A stretch of 63,731 nucleotides of DNA, filler included, from Choristocarpus tenellus KU-1152 (Eukaryota; Protista; Phaeophyceae), in assembly GCA_964200185.2 (NCBI GenBank). It is 6 parts of 6 records of this genome, joined end to end, with 100 filler letters (N's around TTAATTAATTAA, not from the genome) between each part and the next. Parts side by side here need not be neighbours in the genome. Positions count along the whole stretch, not along the records: positions 34,789 to 43,987 come from CAXNAD020003888.1; positions 44,088 to 53,487 come from CAXNAD020003709.1; 4 more parts are not named here. One strand, 5' to 3'. Below are positions 38,807 to 50,202 of the stretch, piece after piece (position 1 is the stretch's first letter; each line of letters begins with the position of its first letter). The position numbers and the translations under genes are program-made. The notes beneath the pieces are model-generated. The model searched no databases. It worked only from the letters and a program-made list of their open reading frames with translations, and had not been told where the DNA came from.

Positions 38807-41800
38807 ATGGCGAGACTATATCTCAAAAGGGGGAGGGGTTTGAACCTCAGTCCTTCGGTCGTACATTGGCTCCAGGGATGGACTTGGCTCGTTTTAGGAC
38901 TCATGATTGCAACCCCAGCAACCCTTTCATTGCAAAACCCCGTGAGGGTTCAGGGGTTGAGGGAATGTGGAGGGCCAACTTCCATTCGAGCCTTGGGTAG
39001 GACGAAGTTACGAAAATCATCATCTACTGTTCGTGCTGCAAAAGAGGAAATAAGAGGAGACGAAGATTCGCCGGGAACTCTAGACATGCAGTCGAGTGTA
39101 GGAGTTGGGGACTCGAGTGAGCTGATCAAGAAAAATGCCAAGGAAGAGCGCAATGCCCGATTGGTAGGGAACTGCGACGTCCTTCTTCTGTAGTTTCAAT
39201 TGCTAGTACGCCGTTACCTGGTTACACCGCTCTCTGGTTGTGTTTTTCAAACCCCGAGGTCAAGCCTGCTTGTGGATCGCCCTTTTGTTGTTCCCCCAGG
39301 TGCGTGCGCTGAAGAAGTTTCTCCCTGGTGTCGATGCTGCACTGCTCATAAGCAAGTGCCCAGCACTGTTGACGGGCGATCTCGAAGCAAAACTTCCCAA
39401 ACAAGTCAAAGAAATGAAGGAGCTGCTGCCCGCAAGTTATGTTGAGCGGCGAGTGCATCCCCACGACTTCTTGGCTTGCATATATTTGCTGTTAACATCC
39501 AGATTTCTCCACGTTTAGCGAGTGTTTATTTTGGACCTACAGCTCTTGCGACTGAACTATGAGCGTGCTACTTACACATGTCACATTTTTTTTTACTTTA
39601 TAAAACTATTGGATACCTGAAGGTCCAATTTATACCAAGAGACAATAGGCAAAACTTGGTAACCTGTTGTCTTCGCGTTATCTTTTTGGTTGTGGACAGG
39701 CAAGCAGTCGCATCATCTCCTCACAGATTACAATTTACTGTATAGGATTAGGCGAAGAAGCATTGTTTGACCTCAACCTGCCATTGGTTGCCCTTTCTTG
39801 ATAAATTCTCAGTCCTTCTGAAGGGTAGAAAAAGACCATGAATCGTACTTTGCTCTCTGACTCGAGTTTTTTTGCCAGTATGTACACCTCCCTCCCTGGA
39901 AATTGTTGACCTTCAGCTAGCACAATGTCCACTGAACTGTGCATTTGAATTATGCATCGCTCTTTTGTCTTTTATGAGTTCAACATTGCCTTTGGGGGGG
40001 GGGGGTGGATGAAAGCTATTCCAACGGTGCGTTCTTACCAACTCTGACTTACTTGTGTTTGCATCCTGAACAAAATCGAGTGACAGTTTAGTGTATTGCC
40101 CAATTTTATTTTCCCCTTGCCCCGTTATCTATTTAAAGGATTGTCCGTCTACACCCTGAGCTCCTCCTCTACGATGTTCCGAACGTCATGGCTCCACGCC
40201 TGGAGGCTCTTAAGGACATTTTTGAAGACGCACCCCGCCTACTTTTGCGTGCGTCTGACCTACTCTTTCATGATGTACAGACATACCTCATACCAAAAAT
40301 GATTGCCCTGGAGAAAATACTTCCAGGCCTTGATGTGAAGTATGCTGTCAGGTAAGGGAAACCAAATCCAAAGGGGGAAGACTTCTTTGACCACAGCGCA
40401 AAACCACTCTTTACCTTACGTATTATATTATCTTACCTCACTAGTAGTGAGCAATGAGTATGTGTCTGAAGTAGTAGTGGTAGTCTAGAGATCGCTGGTG
40501 TTGCAGTGAACAGGGATGACAGGGATGACAGTGAGATCATCCCAGTGGGTGCTGTTGATTGCAGGAGAAAAATATATTACTCTGACATAAAAAGAAACAA
40601 TAAAGAACATGACAGCCACAAGAGTGTATGAGTGTATGCCTATGTCCTCTTGTCTTGTCAACCTCAGGCGAGAGCCCACGATACTTGGTCTGGATATAGA
40701 AGGGAATGTCGCACCACGGGTGAAAGACATTGAGACACTCCTTCCTGGCCAAAATATTACCATGATTGTGCATAAAGCACCCCGCCTGCTTACCAGTGAT
40801 GTTTCTGGAGTGGCTTCGAAGGTGTGTGGGGTTTGACATTTCTCCGTCAGGGTTGAGCGAGCCCTTAAGACAGTAGATTGCTGAGTGTTATGCACAGATG
40901 AGGGGAGAACCCTCCAATGTAGAATCTGTACTGTGATGCGTCCCCAAACGTATCACACCACTGATGTGTGGGAGGAATGATAGAAGTATTGATGTCACTG
41001 TTGGAGTTTTTTTCTGCACTAGCACAAGAAAAAAAATGTATTTTTTTAATTTTTTAGAATGCAATCCATATCCTGATAGTGGATACAGATACACCAGACT
41101 GAAGATAGCACAGTACGCACAAATAGTTCCTCATTTGCCATGCTGATTCTAGGTGTGCTATTTGCAGTCACACTATCCAAGTTGTGTATTATTACTATTA
41201 ATGATTCTAGTTGTTGTCCTCTCACCTCTTACCCTTCTTGCCACATGTGTGTTCTTACTTCTTACTTACTTCTTACCCATATCCCATACCCCATACCTCA
41301 TACATCATACATCATACCCCTGTGCCGCGTCAATGCCCCACATTGGTGACATTGGTGACAAAAAGCTTGCAAGTCTCCGTTGGCTCCTTGGTCCCAAAGC
41401 TGATCTGCCAAAGGTAAGGGCCATCACTCTCAAGCGCAAGGCTTATCCTGTGCCAGAATGTGTGTGTGTGTGTGTTTGTGTGTTTTATTTCCACGACATT
41501 TGGAGGTGTAATAGCTATTGCTATTATTATTATAGTAATAGTAATAATAATAATAAAAGTATTTTATGCTCGTGCAAGTTTCTGGTGACTACAGTACAGT
41601 AAGGTATTACTCTAGACCATTCCAACCTATTTATAGTCAATACGTTCCCACCCTCTTTTCAGTCCTTCGACTGACTGTTGATACAGTTTGAGTACAAATG
41701 CCAGTCTGCAATAAAGAGCAGTATGTGGATTAGCATATGATTAGCATATACCTTTTCGTCTCTCGATTGTATTTTTAATGGTGTACCCTTCCCAGTCAAT

Positions 41801-43869
41801 CAAGAAATTGTTTGCTGCTGTGATTGTGGCTCTCCACCCAGCCCCACATCAATCATTCAATCAATCTATCAATCAACCAATGAGTGACCAGCAATTTTAG
41901 CCCCACCTCCCCTGCCGTGGTTTTTCCAAGAGTTTTTTGTATCAATTTTTTTTTATCACACTTTGAATTTCTTATTTTTTATCTGTTCCAGTTTCACACA
42001 GTGTTCTAACTTGTTTGTTTCATCAAAAGCTTTTTTATCACACTTTTTTTTTTATTCAGGTTACAACTTTGGAGGCTTTCTGCTCCTATGCACTCAGTCA
42101 CAGATATGCACAAGGACCCAAATTTGTGCAATTTGTGTCCCAATCCTAGGCTTATTAATATTGTTTTGCAGTGGGTGATCATTGAGCCCAACTATTTATC
42201 TTTCATCTTTTCGTAGCCTCTTCTGAGGGGTGTCCTTGTTCTTACCATTGTCTATGAAGATCATTCGACGTTCACCGGCTCTATTGCTATCAAATGTTGA
42301 GAACACCGTGGCAACCAAGTTTCGTAAACTGGAGGAGCTCTTCCCGTCTGCTGATGTTGTCAAGATGGTGGAGAAGGATGCCACAGTGCTCTTTTACGAC
42401 TTTGAAAACACACTGCAGATGAAGGTACTAGTTGCTTTGGACCAAGGTTCTCATTGCCGTGCTTGCGTTTTTATAGTGTGGCGCTGGTTGTATTTGAACC
42501 AATCTGTTTGAACCAGCTGGTGCTTTAGGTGGACACTGGTTAGAAACGATTCCATGCTCAGACCATTTTAAGAGGTGACACCCTTGGGAGGATAGAAGCA
42601 GACCTTTGCCAAGCTTACACTGCTATGTTAGAAGTAGGGTATTGCAGTCAGATACTCTTGATATTGCTATTAATAGTATAGTTTAAAATAAAAATAATAG
42701 TTTACTATGGATATTTTATATCAATGATGTAGGGAGCCACGAAACCCCCAATGGAGTTAGTTTAATTACTTCATTTTGTTGAGTTGGTTTAGTTGATTTA
42801 CTTAGTTATTTTAGTTAGTTGGTTTAGTTGATTTATTTAGTTGATTTCTATCCTTTTTTTGCAGGTGGAGTGCTGGCGCAAGAGGGTCACAAATGCTACA
42901 GAGATGGACAATCTTATTGTGCAATATCCTTTACTCCTGTCTTACAGCCTTGACACAAGTGTGTCCAGGTTGGACTACATCATTCAGGTGATGATCTGTA
43001 TCCATAGGAAATGATAACAGACATGATATCAGAGGGGATGAGTCTAATTATTGTCTGGTGTGTGATGAAGAAATGTCACTTTGACGAGAGTCTGACATGA
43101 TCATGCATGCTGTTAATGGAATGTGTTATTACATAGAGTTATACCTGTCAGGCCTGAGTTTTGTTTCACATAATGAATCTGTTGAAACACAGAAAGTTGA
43201 AACACAGAAAGCTCAGATACCATACTTGTACTATGGCATGGGGTAACAGTGTACTGTTTATAGTATTTATGTTATATTAATGTGTTCCTTGGACTCCATA
43301 GTGTTTATTAGTTGTAAGTTGGATGCTTTTGTGTGTGTGTCATGTTGCAAAACAAGCATTTATTGAGTTTAATTCTTATTACTATAAGAATTAATATATG
43401 GTGTTGGTTGTTGATTTCATTCTTATTACTATAAGAATTAATATATGGTGTTGGTTGTCGATTTACTTAATCTTTTTCTTTCAAAGTACTATACACTACC
43501 ATAATAATATTTCATAATATTCCGATCTCAAATCATTCTGGATGAAAACATACATATGTACCATGAAAGACACAGCCATTTGTTTTTTTTATTTCATCCT
43601 TGTTGTCATCTGCAGTGTTATAGAAGTGTTATAGAAATGTTATAGAATTGTTCATCTTGAAGTGTCTCCAAATGCCTTATTGCTCATATCTGCTATTATT
43701 CTCTATTATTTATTATCTCTGACCACCGCCTGCCATGAAACTGTCCTCATCTTTCCCCTTGCATAACGTTTGTTCAGGTTGAGGGTGAAGAACTCAATGC
43801 ACGGAAGTTGTGTGGTGTTGTCAAAACCCCAAGAAGGGTGTGGGATGAAAAATACGGACACAAGTACAG
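38807..43869 (+). CDS. mTERF-repeat family protein, probably organelle (plastid) targeted; 3' end uncertain
   Basis: Exons 38807-39163, 39300-39448 (GC donor), 40139-40351, 40668-40821, 41366-41413, 42260-42424, 42865-42987, 43778-43869. Repeated units of about 35 aa: LISKCPALL, IVRLHPELL, VRREPTIL, VHKAPRLL, IRRSPALL, IVQYPLLLSYSL...RLDY. N-terminal hydrophobic stretch WLVLGLMIATPATLS. Confidence 0.8.
43372..43464. repeat. 47-bp tandem duplication containing a small hairpin
   Basis: attcttattactataagaattaatatatggtgttggttg... occurs twice (43372 and 43419). Confidence 0.8.
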
Positions 43870-43987
43870 GTGTGATAATCAGGGATGATAAGGGATGCTA
43901 ATGGATGCCTTGAGGGAGAGGAGATCACTGAAGTAATAGTCACTGCTGCCCCCCCCCCCCCCCCCCCCTCCCCCCCCCCCCCCCGCC

Positions 43988-44087
43988 NNNNNNNNNNNNN
44001 NNNNNNNNNNNNNNNNNNNNNNNNNNNNNNNTTAATTAATTAANNNNNNNNNNNNNNNNNNNNNNNNNNNNNNNNNNNNNNNNNNNN
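43988..44087. other. Artificial contig-joining linker
   Basis: N-run/TTAATTAATTAA/N-run. Confidence 0.95.
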
Positions 44088-45500
44088 CCCCCATTCAAAC
44101 TTCCACTTGTCCTTTAAAGAATATTATCTACCACCTCTTCCTTCGCCTGCCCCACCTATACCAACAGTCAACAAAAGGCGTGACCATATCCCACCACAAT
44201 ATCCTGTCAAACCAACCAATCACCAAACTCGTTCCAGACGATGATGGCGACAGAGTGAGTGACACAGAGCACAACACACACACACACACAACGCCTTCTG
44301 AGGCGAGCACGCTAAGAAGGTGAAGCACTGCAGTAGTAGAGCTCCACCATTAATACCGCTCCCACTGCTTGATTCAACGATAGCGATACTGATAGCACTG
44401 GCTACATCAAATCCACAAATCCACAAACCCACAAATCCACTGTATCTCGTTGCAACACCTCTAGATACTCAACTTCAAACCTCCCCAAAAAGCATCACTC
44501 AGTGATAGCACTTCCCTAGAATGTTAAGCCATATTCGCCCTGTAAATTCCGCTATCCAACACACCATTAGGGTTAGGGTTAGTCATCCTGTAGCTCCCGT
44601 TGTCTACATCACAGAAGGCGTTCCTCTTACCCTGCAATGGCTGTTGTCGGGGCAAATGCTCTGGGCCATTTGCCCTGCACAACACCTGCGCCTGAGAACC
44701 ATGCCCTCATAAACAAAGTAATTCCTCGTCACTATCCAACAGAGTGGGCCACTTCTGTATCGCCGACCTTCCACAGCACTAGTTCCATATATATATATTT
44801 TCTAAAAAGCAGGGAGGCAATAAAGGTGGAAGATAGTGGACACAAGAAAAGAAAAAGAAAGAATAGTGAAAAAAAAGGTGCATTTTCTTCTTCAAGCCCT
44901 TCCTCGATTTGTGCCTGAGGTCACCTGCTCAAGAAGGTCCGTTTGCTGCCCAGGAACCTCACAGACCTCCCTAGAGAGGAAGTAGATGAGATTCCAAAGA
45001 GAAAAGGAAAGAAACCCACACGTATCTGTATACTACTTGGGATCAAGAACAGGCACACTGTATGTATGTATGTATGTATGTATGTATATTTTATTTTTTC
45101 TAGTCCGTCCAAACGTAAGTCAGATTCAGATCGGTACTCAGAAATTTATTGGAACTTTACTGAAGAGTGTATCACGCTATTAATTAATGTAGAAAGTCAC
45201 TGACTGGGACGAGGTACGTTTGGGGAGCAAAGAAGGATCTCGGCACCACAATGAACTGCCCCCACAGACCCCCATTGCACTCACACACACACCTGCTCTT
45301 TTTTCTTTTTTTTTCTCCGACGATGCAAAGGAATAGGCAAGGGGCATGTTGCCAATAAAATGTTTCCACAATACAACACGACCTCTGCCACCTCTCCACG
45401 CACCCCTTCCCCTCTTGGGTCCCATAGGTTGCATGTTACAGCAGGTGAATCATCAACTTAACATCTTTCCCAGTCTCCGTTTATTTTTTTTCATTTTCAC

Positions 45501-47272
45501 CTGGAAGTCTTGGATCTTGATGCGGTGGGCCTCTGCAAACGCCTGCTCATTGGCTGGAAGACATAGGTCACACCAGTTTACCAGCAGCTCCAAGTTCTCT
45601 CTTGCCTCTGTCAAGGCAACAAACAAAATATAATTGAGATTACAATTTTGCAACTCAAACACGTATTCCTGTGTGCCCAAGGGGGGCGGAGTGGAATCAG
45701 ATCAACCCATGTCAAACTATCCTTAAGAGTCAGGTATGGTATGATAACATCAAAACTGTGTAACCCATACATTCTTGAGGTGAGTGGCAGGTGGGTGGGG
45801 ATTCAGCCTGAAATGAGGGCCCTTGATTCAAGAAGGAAAAAAAGATTTACAAGTTTGATTGTCTCTGACATAAAAGCCTGACCACGAAGACCAATGTTTT
45901 AATGTAGACTTGATTGTTCAGTTTAGTACTGGGGACAGCACCCAATAAACATTCAGCAATACAATAGCAGTATAACCTCCCCCCCTCTGACCCTTCTTTG
46001 TCATTTACTACCGGCCCTTTGCATCATTACGGATGTCTCGATTTCCGCGCTAGCTCACCATCAAGCACAGAGAGGAGTTCTTGGCTGACCTTGTACACTT
46101 CTTGTGTTTGGTAGTTTGTTTTCGTGATTTCCTTGTTGAAGAACTCAAAAACCTGGGGTGGGAGATGGGGTGCACAAGGGATGGGAGGAGGAAAGGGGAT
46201 GGGTAAGAGGATGATGGGCAGCATTGCCAAAGCCACACCTCGACGGGCACGTGTGTGCTTCTGTGATTGCTGAACATGCCGAATCTGTCAAAAGAATTAT
46301 TGAGTAAGGTTGAAGTTGTAATATGGCATCAAAATATTCACCATCCATTAAAAACACACTAAAAGACGTACCAGTGACTGATGTGCAGGTTGGTGGTAAC
46401 ACCAGGGCGTGATGGTCAGGTGAACCTGACCCCATCATTGGGAGGTGATGACGAGGTTGAGGGAAAGTCGTGTAAGCTGAAATTTGGCACACTCTTTGTT
46501 TCTTTGTTTCACCTTGCTGCGACGTTCCCTGGCATGAGTCTCAGAGCTGAAGAGAGTGAGAGTTTTCTCGTAATCCTTCTTGCGGCGATCTCTGAGTGGG
46601 GTGAGTGACTTCATCATGTCGTGAATGTTTGCCTCGTAAACCTGGTGAAGTGGTGTCATGTTATCAGATAGTGTATTGTAGGAAGGGAACGGGAAGGGGT
46701 GTGTAAGTGGAACGGGAATGATTGACCTCAATTCTAGGGAGCAAGGGCGTGCGGATGCTATCAGGGATGACACTGACAGGATGCTATATTCATACTACGT
46801 ACCGATCGGGGCAAATTCGACGACCTCGATGCGCAACTACCACTAATCCCTCACTGACGATAGCTCCATCGATGCCTATCGAAGACAAACGCACGAGAAA
46901 AAACTGGAGATGAGGTGTAACCCATGCCCAAGAGAGTGAAGAGACTCTGCATGGTAAGAGTAAAGGTGTACAGACATACGAGACAATTCTCTGCTTTCAG
47001 ATCATGGATAGGGGAGTGTTCCAGGGGTGGAGCGAAAACGATGACAAGGATCGGCATGGTATACCCTTGCACTCTTTCAAAAATACTGAACCTCCTACCA
47101 TTCCCTCAACCCGATCCCTCCCTTGTCCTCCCACCTTGATATCTGATTCCTGCGTCAAAGAGCGCTTGAGGCGTTTGGTGCTCCCAGCTTCGTCAAGAAC
47201 TCGCAGCAGAGCCTCATCAAGTGCTCCATCCTTCACCGACCGCTTGAGCGGTGTGGTATTCGGGTTGTCCAT
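45501..47272 (-). CDS. Unknown alpha-helical protein (3' end unresolved)
   Basis: Phase-compatible GT-AG exons 47272-47135 (MDNPNTT...ESDIK), 46641-46513 (VYEANIHDMM...RRSK), 46152-46059 (VFEFFNKEI...LSVLD) and 45607-45501 (EARENLELLVNWCDLC...IQDFQ). No family recognised. Confidence 0.55.
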
Positions 47273-47579
47273 TTGTCTTACCCTTTGTTCGTGTTAACGT
47301 CCTTGTCAAAACAGGGTTATCAAGGAGGGTAATAGGTTGGGTACCGAATTCGAAAAGAGGTTTTTATATGTCGATAAGGCGATTGCATAGCCGTTAGGAT
47401 TTCATGATTTCATCACGTTCCATGACCGTCCAACATCAATAATATTACTTAGAACTTGATGTGCTTAGAAGTCAATAAACAGCAAATCGAAGTGAAGAGA
47501 GTAGACTCAAATGGGATTTGGATGGGAAGCATAGACTACAAGAGACGCAGCAGTATATTCTAAAGGCCTTGGGGAAAGC

Positions 47580-48200
47580 TCAGTCAGTACTTGTGCCTGG
47601 GGTTCGCCCCAGGGAACTGGGCCCTCGACTCTTTGTCGTGGTGGATTGGTCCTTGGATGCTATCAAACAAACTGAGGATACATAGGAGAGAAAAGGCGCA
47701 GGAGGGGGGGTCATACCAGACCAGACAATGGATTTCTTTCCCAGGTCCTCTATACGAATGGATTGTGGTGTATAGCTGCTGGATTTGATTTGCTTGCTCT
47801 GTCGTCTCCCTTCCATCATCGTGTGTGTGACTCTTCAAGAAGGAAAGAATCACCGCGTACTCTGTTGACTCTGTTGCTCTCCTCATGCTCCTAGTAAACC
47901 TGGTCAATTTCAGTTCATCGTAACCCCATGAAGCAATTGTATCCATCTATGAATCTCGAGGTCGAGGAATCCAACCAATAATCCATAAAATGTTGCCGAC
48001 CAAGTTCTCCCTCCATCCCGAATGCAGTAGGTCACCAAGGACGCCAATAGGGAATCTGGAGGGCAAGAAGACTCGACACGTTCCTCCAGGTAATGTGATG
48101 CGTAATCTATGTTCAAATTTACTAGTACTTTAGGTGTGCTCGACCTGTAGACACGTTCGACCCACACACGTTCTTTCCTGAGACATGACATCCAACAATA
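47580..48200 (-). mobile_element. Possible heavily deleted Copia-like pol remnant
   Basis: Ordered minus-strand motifs NIDYASHYL (cf. protease DSGASHH), LTRFTRSMRRATE (cf. DxTRFxxxYxMxxKSE) and SSSYTPQSI (cf. integrase APYTPQQNG). Frameshifted. Confidence 0.35.
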
Positions 48201-48688
48201 GACTCGAGATGCAGAATCCTCCTCCTTGGAATAAGGTATGTTGGAACAACTTACTACGATAAATCGGACGTCTCCCCCCTAATTTATCTTTACTTGGTTA
48301 TCCTAAGGTCCAAGCGAGTCTGAATTCTCACAAGCTGGCCCGCCTTCTGTGGTGCCCTCGGTCTTCTCTAGTCTCTCTGGGTTCACCCAAGCAGACGGCG
48401 ACTCAGATCAGGTGAACAGCTATTCCCCAGCGTTGATTATCACAGATTAACCCAAGCAATCTCCCTTGCTTACCAACTTGCCATGTAAGATCTTAAAAGA
48501 TACCATTAGCTATGTTGCAGCAACGTCAGTGAAGTCATTGTTGAGAATGAATTCTACCTCCACAACCACCTCCACCGACGTAGTGAAGCCGTGACTGAGA
48601 AAGATATTTCAGATTCTACCTCCTCCACCACCGCCACCGCGCCAGCCATAGCCTTGTACTTCGTGCCCTCCACCACCCTCTCTTGCAG

Positions 48689-50163
48689 GAGACTGATCAG
48701 GCAAGCACTGCCCATGCCCTGGAGCCCTGGAGGCAGGCGGGTGGGGGTGGAGGCGTTGTTGCTCCCAGGACATTTGTCGCTCGCTTCTTTGCCACTAGGT
48801 GGGAGGGGGTTGAATGTATGTGTGGATGGGAGGGAAGTCACATTATCTCTCTAACGCACCAATCCTTGAGAAAGATCTATTTTGGATTGCAATACATACA
48901 AAGCTCTCCCCCTGCTTCCCCTCGGTCTTCCCACATTCTACCTCCTGTAGTGTACCTCTACAAATGAAGAAATATGCTGTGAATCATTCCTGTTTCAAGT
49001 CTACATACTTTCCCTCCTCCCAAGATCCTCTGATGGTGTTGACCATCTGTATTATCACATACCTGATGTTCCATCCCAATATTTTCCCACCAGACTGGGT
49101 TTCATGCGTCGGAAGTGCCGCCGTATGATAGCCCTTACCAACGATCGCCTGTATATCTTGAGGGTGGAGGACAGCAAGGTCAAGGCCAGCTACCCCATTA
49201 AAAGTGTTCAGCTAGTCCCAGCAGACAAGGCTAATCAGGTGATCTTAAAACTGGACAAAAGGAACACTCAGTTTGCTGTTTTCCTTCTGTGTGTGCGTGT
49301 TTGTGTTTTTGTCTGTGTATGATGCATGCATACAGATAGGCTTCTTGGGTATTCCTTTCGTTTTCCAACTTTACTCAAGCGGGTGCATCATACTTGTTCT
49401 TCTGTTTCTTTTGATTTAGCTCTGACCTCTTCCAAGATGGCAGGCACTATTCAACACCTTTTCAGTTGTTTGTTTTGCAGGCTAGTTCTCCCTACCCCCT
49501 GGGTATTGTTCCTTACCTCCTCCCCCCTTGGACCACGACCATTCCGGAGCTGCCTGTGATTCACAACAGCTGATGTGACCTCCATCCTCACACGAGGATA
49601 CCTCTGTGTATGGACTAAGAAGGATTATCGCCGCCACTGTTCTACCTGTATCACACTGTGATCAGGGGAAAGTCTAGCTAGGATTTATGTGGGTACCCAC
49701 AACATCGTTAGGGTTAGGGATTGGACGAAAACGCCTTTTTTGTAGTGCTTCTTGCATGTGTTGCAACCCTGCAGCACATCACAGTACCATGTAGCCAGAG
49801 TGAGTTGAACTGCTTTACTTTTTTTAGCAAGGTTGAAATGCATTGAAAGACACCACCGGATTTGTACCCCTTTCTAAGATACCCTCAAATCTCTTCTGTC
49901 CCCTCTAGTAAGAAACTACAATAAGTGAGATGCAGTAGTAGCACCCCCTCCACTCCCCCCCTCCATTGCCGTCGACCCACCTGCTCTCCCCTTGTCCAAT
50001 GCCCAAATCCCTTCCAATGCCTCTTGCATCAAATGGTGGATGATGATGACTGTGTGGTGGGAGCAGGGTAAGGGTTTCTTCCTACAGAGTGAGATTGGAA
50101 GTGTGAGGCACCAGTACAAGTGCCGAGACCGGACGAGCCTCCTGGTGGCATTCAGTGAGCTTC

Positions 50164-50202
<39 letters not shown>

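Noticed and set aside
46803-46875. Extra minus-strand exon (GIDGAIVSEG...)
   Set aside because: Its phases do not fit the flanking exons, which join in frame without it.
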